From: Anaeramoeba ignava BMAN
Taxonomy: Eukaryota; Protista; Anaeramoebae
Length of the DNA stretch: 64,000 nt
NCBI GenBank assembly: GCA_028826165.1
Contig: JAPDFW010000103.1
Location: forward strand, 1 to 64,000
Reading direction: 5' to 3'
The notes beneath the pieces are model-generated. The model was given only the letters and a program-made list of their open reading frames with translations, did no database searches and was not told where the DNA came from. How positions within the stretch are numbered: position 1 is the first letter of the stretch; each line of letters begins with the position of its first letter. Position numbers and translations under genes: made by a program. Shown one piece after another: positions 18,801 through 30,330 of the stretch.

Positions 18801-21404
18801 AGAACGAAGACAATTAACAGCAAAATATCCTTGAGTTACAAAATGTCTACTAAAAACTTCCATAACATTTTGAATCCATTTTCGATATCGATTCATATGG
18901 AACATTTTCTTTTTTAACCATTGAGCGTTTTTCTTTTTAATTTTTCAACAATTTTTTTTAAATTGAATATTTCTTTCCAAAAATGGAAAATATTAAAACA
19001 AAATAATTTATACTTGATTCATAGCAAATTCTAACATTTTTTTCTTTAATTTTTTTTCTTCTTGTTCTTTTGCAGTTTTTATTTCGTATAAAATTGAAAA
19101 TTGACTTGGATGAGGAGGAATTACATCTTGTTTTGTTAAAATCAATTTTCCCCAATTAGTAAATGCTTGTTCATATTCTTTTTTAATTTTATAAATGAAT
19201 TTAAATTTTAATTTTGAAAATGAATTTAAAATGAATTTAAAATAACCTTCAAAATTTGAATAAAAATGTGATTCAGGTGAACTTGGAATTAATTGATTTT
19301 TCCATTGTTGAAAAGATTGTTTAAGTAAATGAGTTTCTTCATAAAAATCTGGTGTAAATTTTGCAAAATCCTAATTTCATTTTCAATTTAAATTTTCAAA
19401 TTAAATTTTCATTTTCAATTTAAATTAAACTAAAATATTTTTCTATTAACTTGTTCTTGATTATTTTCAGAATTTTTCATTCGAATTAATGATTCCAAAG
19501 AATTTGATTCAGAAGGATTAAATTGTGAAAAATTTGTAGAAATATTTCCAGATCTTCGAGATTCAGATGAAGTTCTATGTGATTCTACATCAGAAGATTT
19601 ATCTACTAATCCTGTTGTATTTTTTGAATTCTTAAATTTTGATTTTAATTTTGATTTTATTTTTAATTTTGATTTTAATTTTAATTTTAATTTTGATTTT
19701 AATTTTAATTTTAATTTTGATTTTAATTTTAATTTTAATTTTAATTTTAATTTTAATTTTAATTTTTAATTTTAATTTTAATTTTAATTTTAATTTTAAT
19801 TTTAATTTTAATTTTAATTTTAATTTTAATTTTAATTTTAATTTTAATTTTAATTTTAATTTTAATTTTAATTTTAATTTTAATTTTAATTTTAATTTTA
19901 ATTTTAATTTTAATTTTAATTTTAATTTTAATTTTAATTTTAATTTTAATTTTAATTTTAATTTTAATTTTTAATTTTAATTTTAATTTTAATTTTAATT
20001 TTAATTTTAATTTTTAATTTTAATTTTAATTTTTAATTTTAATTTTAATTTTAATTTTAATTTTAATTTTAATTTTAATTTTAATTTTAATTTTAATTTT
20101 AATTTTAATTTTAATTTTAATTTTAATTTTAATTTAAATTTTGATTTTAATTTTAATTTTAATTTTAATTTTATTTAATACAGATAATTTAGATAAATAT
20201 GTGGGTCTTGGATAATTTCTTCCCATTATTTTTGGTAATTTTCCAAATCCAATATGATTTTTAATTTGCATTTCCCATTCTTTTGCTTTTTGTTCAAATT
20301 CTTGATAACTTTTACAATTTTGATGATTTGGAAATTTAGGAAGTTGTAATTTTTGTGGAACATAATTCTTTATTAAATCATTTGTTATTGAATTTTCAAA
20401 TTTCGAATCATCTAATTTTGATATTTATTTTTGAATTTTTAAAATTAAGAAATGATTTGATCAAAAATAATTTTAAGAAATTTGCCAATTTAATTTTAAT
20501 ATTGATTTGATCAAAAATAATTTTAATATTGATTTTCCAATTTAATTTTAATATTGATTTTCCAATTTAATTTTAATATTGATTTGATCAAAAATAATTT
20601 TAATATTGATTTGCCAATTTAATTTTTAATAAAAAAAATGACAAATAAAACAAAAATTCACAAAATTTTATCAAAAATTTTTTTTTAAAAAAATGTAATG
20701 ATTCATTTTAAAAATAAAACCCCAAAACAATTCAAAAAAAAAAGATGATTTTGATCATTATTTTGCCATTAATAATAATTTAAATTTAATTTTGAATTTG
20801 ATCATAATTATAATTATAATTTGAATTTGAATTTGAATTTAATTTGAATTTATTTTAATTTAATTTTAATTTAATTTGAATTTAATTTTAATTTGAATTA
20901 CCTTTAATTTCATTATAAATTAAATCAAAAAAAACACCCTTTTCATTTATAAAAACTGGAAATATTTTTGAAGAATGTAATTTAACTTGAGAAGAAAGAT
21001 CCTTAATTGTTGGTGAAGTATATTTCCTTTTATCTAAAATTAAATAAAGTTTTAAATCAAAAATCGAAAAATAAAAAAAATTTGCTTTTTAATAAATAAA
21101 TTATAAATGAAAATTTGTTTGTTTATTATTGATTAATTATAAATAATAAATAATAAAATGCTTTGCAATTTCAATTTTTATTATTTAAAATGTTTTTTTA
21201 TTTTTTTTGCTTTTAAATTTCTTTTTAATTAATCAATTTTTTTTATTTTTATTCTTTTATTTTTTTAAAACCATTTGTAGAGAAAATTCTTTTTGGTTTT
21301 TGTTTTGGAAATTTTCTTTTTGGAAATTTTGTATTTAAATTTGGTTTTGTTTGTGTATTTATTGTTTTTGGTAATATTGGTGAAGTAGTTAAGTTTTTTG
21401 ACAT
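15802..21404 (-). CDS. Sca1-complex scaffold ScaA-like protein, multi-exon
   Basis: ATG at 21404 (MSKNLTTSP). Exons contain ScaA-type repeats PKFPNHQNCKSYQEFEQKAKEW..LPKIMGR, WKNQLIPSSPESHFYSNFE.YEQAFTNW and IPPHPSQF, followed by a helical C-terminus (ORFs 16023-17120, 17193-17519, 17791-18012, 18426-18905). GT-AG introns; TAA at 15802. Family assignment is from memory. Confidence 0.6.
19631..20181 (-). repeat. (AAAATT)n microsatellite intron of the ScaA-like gene
   Basis: GTATTA...TTTAAG boundaries on the - strand; near-pure hexamer repeat. Confidence 0.85.
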
Positions 21405-21759
21405 ATTTTAATTGGAAAAAGATTTTTAAAAATGAAAAAAGAAAAAAAATGATTTGAAAAAAAAAAAAAAAAAAAAAGAAGAAGAAATTTTTTTTTATAT
21501 TAAAAACTCATTAAATCAAAGAAAAGCTTAATAAATTGTTTTAAAATTAAATTTCAAATTAGATTCCAAATTAATTATTATTTTTTTTAAATTTTATTCC
21601 TAATTTATTCCTAATTCAACTTTTTATCAATTAGATCTCTTTTAAAAAAAAAAATTTTTTTTTCTTCTTTATTTAAATTTTTTTAATTACAATTCAAATA
21701 AATTCATTAATAAATCATTTAATTCTTATTTGCTATTTAATTTTGTTTTATTCATAATT

Positions 21760-23367
21760 AACTAAAATTAATTCAAAATTTTTTTATATTAATTAAATTA
21801 TTTTCCCTTTTTAATTAATTTTATATTAAAATTTAATTCATATTTTATCAATAATTTATTAATAAATTTATTTTATTTCTATTTTTAAAATTAATTCTAA
21901 ATTTAATTATTAATAAATTATTAATTATTTATTTTATTTTTATTTATTAATAAATTTGATTAATTTTATATTAAAATATAATTTATATTTTATTAATAAT
22001 TTATTAATAAATTTATTTTATTTCTATTTTTAAAATTAATTCTAAATTTAATTATTAATAAATTATTAATTATTTCTTTATATTTTTATTTATTAACAAA
22101 TTTAATTAATTTTATATTAAAATTTGATTCATATTTTATTAATATTTTATTAATAAATTTATTTTATTTCTATTTTTAAATTAATTCTAAATTTAATTAT
22201 TAATAATTTATTATTTATTTCTTTTATATTTTATTTATTAATAAATTTGATTAATTTTATATTAAAATTTAATTAATATTTTATCAATAAATTATTAATA
22301 AATTTATTTTATTTCATTTTTAAAAATAATTCTAAAATTAATTATTAATAATTTATTAATTATTTCTTTTATATTTTATTTATTAACAAATTTAATTAAT
22401 TTTATATTAAAATTTGATTCATATTTTATTAATAAATTATTAATAAATTTATTTTATTTCTATTTTTAAAATTAATTCTAAATTTAATTATTAATAAATT
22501 ATTAATTATTTCTTTATATTTTATTTATTAACAAATTTAATTAATTTTATATTAAAATTTGATTCATATTTTATTAATAAATTATTAATAAATTTATTTT
22601 ATTTCTATTTTTAAAATTAATTCTAAATTTAATTATTAATAAATTATTAATTATTTCTTTATATTTTATTTATTAATAAATTTGATTAATTTTATATTAA
22701 AAATTTAATTAATATTTTATCAATAATTTATTAATAAATTTATTTTATTTATTTTTAAAATTAATTCTAAATTTAATTATTAATAAATTATTAATTATTT
22801 CTTTATATTTTATTTATTAATAAAATTAATTAATTTTATATTAAAATATAATTCATATTTTATTAATAATTTATTAATAAATTTATTTTATTTTATTTTT
22901 AAAATTAATTCTAAATTTAATTATTAATTAATTATTATTTATTTATTTATATTTTATTTATTAACAAATTTAATTAATTTTATATTAAAATTTAATTAAT
23001 GTTTTATCAATAATTTATTAATAAATTTATTTTATTTCTATTTTTAAAAATAATTCTAAATTTAATTATTAATAATTTATTATTTATTTCTTTATATTTT
23101 ATTTATTAACAAAATTAATTAATTTTATATTAAAATTTGATTAATGTTTTATCATTAAATTATTAATAAATTTATTTTATTTCTATTTTTAAATTAATTC
23201 TAAATTTAATTATTAATAAATTATTATTTATTTATTTATATTTTATTTATTAACAATTTTAATTAATTTTATATTAAAATTTAATTAATGTTTTATCAAT
23301 AATTTATTAATAAATTTATTTTATTTCTATTTTTAAAATTAATTCTAAATTTAATTATTAATAATTT
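21760..23367. repeat. Tandem satellite, ~145-bp unit, ~11 copies
   Basis: Anchor (T/A)TAATTCTAA at 21891, 22036, 22181, 22326 and onward (spacing 145). Confidence 0.9.
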
Positions 23368-23400
23368 ATGTTTTCATTTTTTTCATTTTTTTTTTACAAA

Positions 23401-24450
23401 ATGAAACAAAATTTTAAAACAGATATAAGAGATACACAAAGATGGAATGAAACTGAAGAAGAATATATAAAAAGAAAAGGAGAAACAAGAAAAGTAGGGA
23501 AACTTAAGAAAATTGAAGAAAAAGAAATTATGGAACTTATACACATTTCTGATATTTCTGATGTTGTACTTTTTCCAATTAATAAACAAAATCCTATTAA
23601 AGCTCTTGTTATTGCAGATTTACATTTCATTCCAAAAATTGAAGGAGATAATTCAATTGATTTTAATTCAAAAACTTTAGATATTCTTGATAAAGTTGTT
23701 TCAAATGAAAAACCAACTCATTTATTTATTTTGGGAGATATTTTTCAAAAAATTGTTCAAGATAAATCATTTATTTATCAACAATTCGAAAATTTTTGTA
23801 AATATGAAATTCCTGTTATTTGTTTAGGTGGAAATCATGATACTAAAATATTATCAAAAGCAAAAAAACATTTCTTGAAAAAAGGATCTGAAAAATTGAA
23901 AAAATTTCTTCAAATTCATGAAACATTATTTTTCCAATTATCTAATGAATTTGGAAATGAAAATAAAAATCAAAATCAAAATCAAAATCAAATTAAAAAT
24001 CAAAATGAAAATCAAAATCAAAATCAAATTGAAAATCAAAATCAAAATCAAAATCAAAATCAAATTGAAAATCAAAATCAAAATCAAAATGAAAATCAAA
24101 ATCAAAATCAAAATCAAAATCAAAATCAAATTGAAAATCAAATTGAAAATCAAAATCAAAATCAAACTTTTTATGATAATATTTTTCTTTCTCATCATGG
24201 TGGAAATAATTATAAAATTGTTTACTCAGAAATGGTTCCTTTTATTCGTGGATTAAAATTACAAAATAATAAATTAATTTCAGAAAAAGATTTTTTATTA
24301 ATTGGTCATGTCCATGTAATGTTTCACTTTTTCAATGAAAATTTTGGAAGTATTGGAATGTTTTCATCAAAATGGGAAGATTTAATTTCATATGCAATAA
24401 TTAAATCAAATTCTAATAACAAACTTACAATTGAAATTAAACATTTTTAA
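23401..24450 (+). CDS. Calcineurin-like metallophosphoesterase with internal NQ tract
   Basis: Motifs ADLH, LGD, GNHD, SHH and GHVH in canonical order; intronless; ATG at 23401 preferred over 23368. Confidence 0.85.
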   Translation: MKQNFKTDIRDTQRWNETEEEYIKRKGETRKVGKLKKIEEKEIMELIHISDISDVVLFPINKQNPIKALVIADLHFIPKIEGDNSIDFNSKTLDILDKVVSNEKPTHLFILGDIFQKIVQDKSFIYQQFENFCKYEIPVICLGGNHDTKILSKAKKHFLKKGSEKLKKFLQIHETLFFQLSNEFGNENKNQNQNQNQIKNQNENQNQNQIENQNQNQNQNQIENQNQNQNENQNQNQNQNQNQIENQIENQNQNQTFYDNIFLSHHGGNNYKIVYSEMVPFIRGLKLQNNKLISEKDFLLIGHVHVMFHFFNENFGSIGMFSSKWEDLISYAIIKSNSNNKLTIEIKHF

Positions 24451-24563
24451 TTTAAAAAGAAAAAGAAGAAGAAAAAAATTTTTTTATTTTTCGGGATTTT
24501 TTTTTAGAAAAAGAATTTTAAAAAAGAATTTTAAAAAATAAAAAGAAAAAGAATTGTTTAATT

Positions 24564-27500
24564 CTATTTATCGTCTACTGCAAAAATTGATGAAATTATT
24601 TGAGGATTTGAAAGGATATTGATTGTGTCTGGAGAAACTGTCATTAAATCAGCTGCAAATAAAATGATTGGATTTTTCAATTCTTTTTGTTGAGAATCAA
24701 TAGAATCATTTGAATTTGAATTTGAATTTGAATTTGAATTTGAATTTGAATTTGAATTTGAATTTGAATTTGAATTTGGATTTGAAAAAGAAGGAAGAGG
24801 AACAGATTTTGAATATCTTTGACTTAAATGTGTTAAAATAAGACAACTAGCAGACATTTTCTTAGCAACATCAATAGCTTCACTAATAGTAGAATGATGC
24901 TTCTCTTTTGCAACAGCTTCAGAACCTTCTTCAAATGTTCCTTCATGAATTAAAATCAATGCATCCTTACCAGCATTGATGAGTTCTTCACATGGACGTG
25001 TATCGCCTGAATAAACAAATTTGTTTCCAAGTCTTGACAGGATGATTCCAAAAGAATTGTTCTCGCAATGTATAACTGGAACATTAGTAACGGAATCAAA
25101 ATGAAGGTAAATCAAGTTACGATTTGGATCATCTTCTTTGTATTGATTTAATTCTTCATTTAAAACATATTTGCATTTGAGCCCCATATTGGTTGATTGT
25201 TCAACTACTGTTAAGTATTTTTTCAATCCAATTGTTCCAACAACTAATGGTGCTGAATATTGTTGATTTGTTGAGTTTTCTTCGATGAAAAATTCTTCTC
25301 GAAGTTTTAATAATTTAACCAATCCCAAATGATGATCAGCATGAATATGAGAAATCCAAAATAATTGGGTCTTCAACAAAGCTTTCTTTGCTTCTTGGAA
25401 TCCAAAGTATCTCACAAGCTGCCCGAAGCTGTCTTCTCCACAATCCAAAAAAATATTTAGTTGATCATTAACTTCCAAGAAAATGGATGTGACATTTCTG
25501 TATTTTGACGGCAAAGCAGCACCTGTTCCTAAGAATATGATCCTATTTATAACTTTATTCATATCGATTTCGGGAGAATCTGTTTTTATTCTTTTCATGA
25601 TTTGGTTGGTGTTTTCTGGTTGTGATACTTTTTGTATTTGCGATTGAATTAATTGTTCTGTTTTTTTTATTGGTATAATTGCTGAGCGATCGATCCCCTT
25701 TTTGTTTATTGGTAGTATATTCACTTTCATGTAATGTTCTCCTATTGTTGATTTTGATGGTAGGTTTTTTGGTAGTTGTTTTGTGTTTACTTGTTCTGTT
25801 ATTGGAATTATTGGAAATCCATTTGAACAAAGTGTATTTAAGAAATAGTGATGAGTTGTTGAAGATCGGAAAACTGATTCAATTGGATGTTTTATTATCA
25901 TTCCATTTACAATAAATATATGCTAAAATTTTATAAATGAATTTTGATTTTAATTTATAAATGAATTTTAATTTATAAATGAATTTTAATTTTAATTTAT
26001 AAATGAATTTTAATTTTGATTTTAATTTTAATTTTAATTTTAATTTATAAATGAATTTTAATTTTATAAATGAATTTTGATTTTAATTTATAAATGAATT
26101 TTAATTTTATAAATGAATTTTGATTTTGAATTTTAATTTTGATTTATAAATGAATTTTAATTTTATAAATGAATTTTAATTTATAAATGAATTTTAATTT
26201 TAATTTTGATTTTAATTTATAAATGAATTTTGATTTTAATTTTGATTTTAATTTTAATTTATAAATGAATTTTGATTTTAATTTATAAATGAATTTTAAT
26301 TTATAAATGAATTTTAATTTATAAATTAATTTTAATTTTAATTTATAAATAATTTTAATTTTAATTTATAAATGAATTTTGATTTTAATTTATAAATGAA
26401 TTTTAATTTTAATTTATAAATGAATTTTAATTTTATAAATGAATTTTAATTTTGATTTGAATTTATAAATGAATTTTGATTTTACTTCGCTTTTTGGAAA
26501 TAATTTCAACCAATTCTGAAATTGAGAATCAAATAAAACATCTTGAGAAATCATATGGAAAAAAAAGGAGATAAAACGAGTTTTACTAGAAGAATAAGAT
26601 AATAAAAAAGGATTTTGGATCAATGGAGTAATAAAAGAAGAATTAGGACAAGAAATAACAGCAAAAACAATGCCAGGTTGAGAAGGACCAATACAATCTG
26701 AAGGTTTTACAACTTGGCCATTATCGAGTGTTATTGTTTCACCACGAGTGAGTTTTCCTTTAAAAAAGAGACATAAAAAAAGAAAGAAGAAGATGAGTTA
26801 AGAAATAATTATTGAGAACTTTTTTTAAAAAGTACCAAATAACGGTCCAGGAGTTACACCTCGCTTTTTTGCCTCTTGCACATTGAATTTCCCAGGAATT
26901 TCTGGTGTATGACACACATAACATACTACTTCCTTTGAGTTCTTCTCATATCCTGGCAATTCGTTGTCTAGATTTGTATTGTACTTATCCTCATCAAGAT
27001 TGAATGGGAAATATTTCATGTTATTTTTTTCCAAAATTTCTTCTTTTTTTTTTTCGAAATTTTCTTCTTCTTTTTTTTCGTCTTTGTTTTCTTCAAGATT
27101 GTTTTCTTTCTCCTCATTATTTTGTTTTGTCTTAATGATTGCTGGATAAACAGTCATGCACTCATCTTTAAAACAGACTTCTTCGTCTTTATTTTCATGG
27201 AACTCTGCAATGTCAACTGTGATCGGTCGATTCCATGTAAAATACCTTATTGCCATTAATAATCTTTGGAGGTTTCTTGGTCCGTGAATACTAATATTCT
27301 CGTTTGATTCGGATCCAAGACACAATGTCAATATAAGTCCTTTTATTTTGGAAATTTTGTTTTAAAAAAAAATTATGAATGAAGATTTTTCTTTTTAATT
27401 TTAATAAAAAAATATTTTTTTTGGTTATTAATTAGAATACCTGGTATTCCAGTAAACGTGTTGTGATCAAGATGTGTAAGAAAGACATGTTGTAGTTTTG

Positions 27501-27726
27501 AAAATTTAAGTTTTTGTTCCATAAAAATTCTTTGAGTTCCTTTTTTTTTAATTTAATTAATTTTTTTTTATTTAATTTTTTATTTAATTTTTTATTTAAT
27601 TTTTTATTTATTAAATTTTTAACCATCTCCACAATTAAAGAGATATCTTTTTTGGTCAAAAACAACAAGAAGAGAAGGAGAATGACCCGAATCATAAGTT
27701 CCAACAATTTCAATATGAATTTTCAT
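24564..27726 (-). CDS. ELAC2: Long-form tRNase Z (ELAC2-like), 5 exons
   Basis: N-terminal YLFNCGD/GTQR; exosite GKFNVQEAKKRGVTPGPLFG; LGTGAALPSKYRNV, DCGE, SHIHADHHLG, YSGDTRPC, HEGT, HST and THLSQRY. GT-AG introns, including 25923-26485. Confidence 0.93.
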
Positions 27727-27853
27727 TTTAAAAAATGAAAAAAGAAAAAAGAAAAATGAAAAAAAAACAAAAAATTTTTTTCATTTTTTTCTTTTTCATT
27801 TTTTTTTATTATTAAATTAAATTAATTCGTTAATTAATCAAAAAAAAAACACA

Positions 27854-30148
27854 ATGGCAGATCTTTTATGTAAAATTCATGGAACAGAACAAGATAAAAT
27901 TAATTGTACTTTTTATCATAAAGTTGGTGTTTGTCGACATGGAGATACTTGTACTAAAAGGCATATTATTCCAAGTTATTCTAGAACTCTTTTTATTCCT
28001 GGAATGTATCAAAATCCTCGTGCTACTGTTGATATTAATAAAATTGATAGGAAACTGAAAAAGAACTTCAAGTATTATAATTAAAATTAAAATTAAAATT
28101 CATTTATAATTAAAATTAAAATTAAAATTAAAATTAAAATTAAAATTCAAAATTAAAATTAAAATTAAAATTAAAATTAAAATTAAAATTAAAATTAAAA
28201 TTAAAATTAAAATTAAAATTAAAATTAAAATTGATATTAAAATTAAAATTAAAATTAAAATTAAAATAAAAATTAAAATTAAAATTAAAATTAAAATTAA
28301 ATTTAAAATTAAAATTAAAATTAAAATTAAAATTCAAATTAAAATTAAAATCAAAATCATTTATAAAATCAAAATTAAAATTAAAATTAAAATTAAAATA
28401 TAAAATTAAAATTAAAATTAAAATTAAAATTAAAATTAAAATTAAAATTAAAATTAAAATTAAAATTAAAATTAAAATTAAAATCAAAAATTAAAATTAA
28501 AATTAAATTTAAAAATTAAAATTAAAATTAAAATTAATATTAAAATTAAAATTAAAATTTAAATTAAAATTTTGTTTCATTTTTAAAGGTATATTTAGAT
28601 GGATTTTATGTTGATATTTTTTTGGAATTATGTAAATATGGAGAAATTGAAGAAATGATGGTAACAGATAATTTAACTAGTCATCTTCTTGGACATGTTT
28701 TTGTTCGTTATTTTAGTGAAGAAGAAGCAGAAAATGCACTTATGAAATTAAAAGGAAGATATTATAATGGAGTTTTATTAAAACCTGAATATTCACCAGT
28801 TACAGATTTTAGAGATGCAAGATGCAGACAAAATGATACTGATGCTAATGGTTGTCAAAGAGGTGATTTTTGTAATTTTCTTCATATCAGAGGTAATTTA
28901 TTTTTTTTTAAAAAATAATTTTAACTTTAGTAACCTCATTTAAATAATTTTATTAACTTTAACTTTTAAAAATTTATTCAAAAACTTATTTAAATTTATC
29001 CAAATTGAACTTTAACATGAAACTTATTTAAATTTATCCAAATTGAACTTTAACATGAAACTTATTTCAAAATTTATTTATAAATTTATTTCAAAATTTA
29101 TTTATAAATTTATTTAAAAATTAATTTCAAAATTTATTTCAAAATTTATTTAAAAATTTATTTAAAAATTAATTTCAAAATTTATTTCAAAATTTATTTA
29201 AAAATTTATTTAAAAATTTAATTTCAAAATTTATTTCAAAATTTATTTAAAAATTTATTTAAATTGAACTTTAACATGAAACTTATTTAAAAATTTATTT
29301 AAAAACTTATTTAAAAATTTATTTAAAAATTTATTTAAAAATTAATTTATAAATTTATTTAAAAACTTATTTCGAAAATTTATTTTAAAAATTTATTTAA
29401 AAATTTAATTTATAAATTTATTTAAAAATTTATTTCGAAAATTTATTTAAAAATTTATTTATAAACTTATTTAAAAATTTATTTAAATTGAACTTTAACA
29501 TGAAACTTATTTCAAAAATTATTTATAAATTTATTTCAAAATTTATTTATAAATTTATTTAAAAATTAATTTCAAAATTTATTTCAAAATTTATTTAAAA
29601 ATTTATTTAAATTGAACTTTAACATGAAATTTATTTAAATTTATCCAAATTGAACTTTAACATGAAATTTATTTAAAAATTTATTTAAAAATTTATTTAT
29701 AAATTTATTTGAATTTATTTAAAAATTTATTTAAAAATTTATTTAAAAATTGATTTAAAAATTGATTTGAATTTATTTAAAAACTTATTTATAAATTTAT
29801 TTAAAAATTTATTTATAAATTTAAGATCCATCAAGAAATATTCTTCGTCAACTCTTCAAAAAACAACATAAAATTTATTCCCAAAAAGAAAAAGAAAAAG
29901 AAAGAGAAAGAGAAGAAGATTATCATCATAAAAGATCAAGAAGTGGTCGACATCATCATCATTCAAGACACTCACATTCTCATTCAAATTCTCGTCATTC
30001 TCATCATTCACATAATTCACATCATTCTCATCATCATCAAAGAGATTCACAAGAAAAAAGAGAACAAAAAGATAATACATTAAATGAAAATGAAAATGAA
30101 AATGAAAATGAAGAAAAAAAATCAAATGAAAATTCACAAAATAATTAA
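27854..30148 (+). CDS. U2AF1: Splicing factor U2AF small subunit (U2AF35); introns 28072-28588 and 28893-29825, plus either a possible 23-nt intron 28028-28050 or a 1-nt error
   Basis: ZnF1 CTFYHKVGVCRHGDTCTKRH; UHM KYGEIEEMMVTDNLTSHLLGHVFVRY; YSPVTDFRDARCRQ; ZnF2 CQRGDFCNFLH; RS/HS-rich tail ending at TAA 30146-30148. Confidence 0.93.
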
Positions 30149-30330
30149 AAAAAATTTTTCTTTTTTAAAATAAAAAATTAAAAATTAAACAAAAAATTTG
30201 CAAACAATTTCATTTCCATCAAATTAAAAATTACCAAAAAGTTTACAGAATTAAATTAAAAATTCTTCTGTAAACTTCAAACTTAAAGAAAAAAATTATT
30301 TGAAAAAAATCATTTGAAAAAATGAATTGA

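Noticed and set aside
19639-19974. ORFs of [12 protein letters not shown] type (also 7034-7336, 28140-28487, 33369-34473, 46487-47276, 47943-48140)
   Set aside because: Artefacts of stop-free microsatellites in introns, or alternative frames of NQ tracts.
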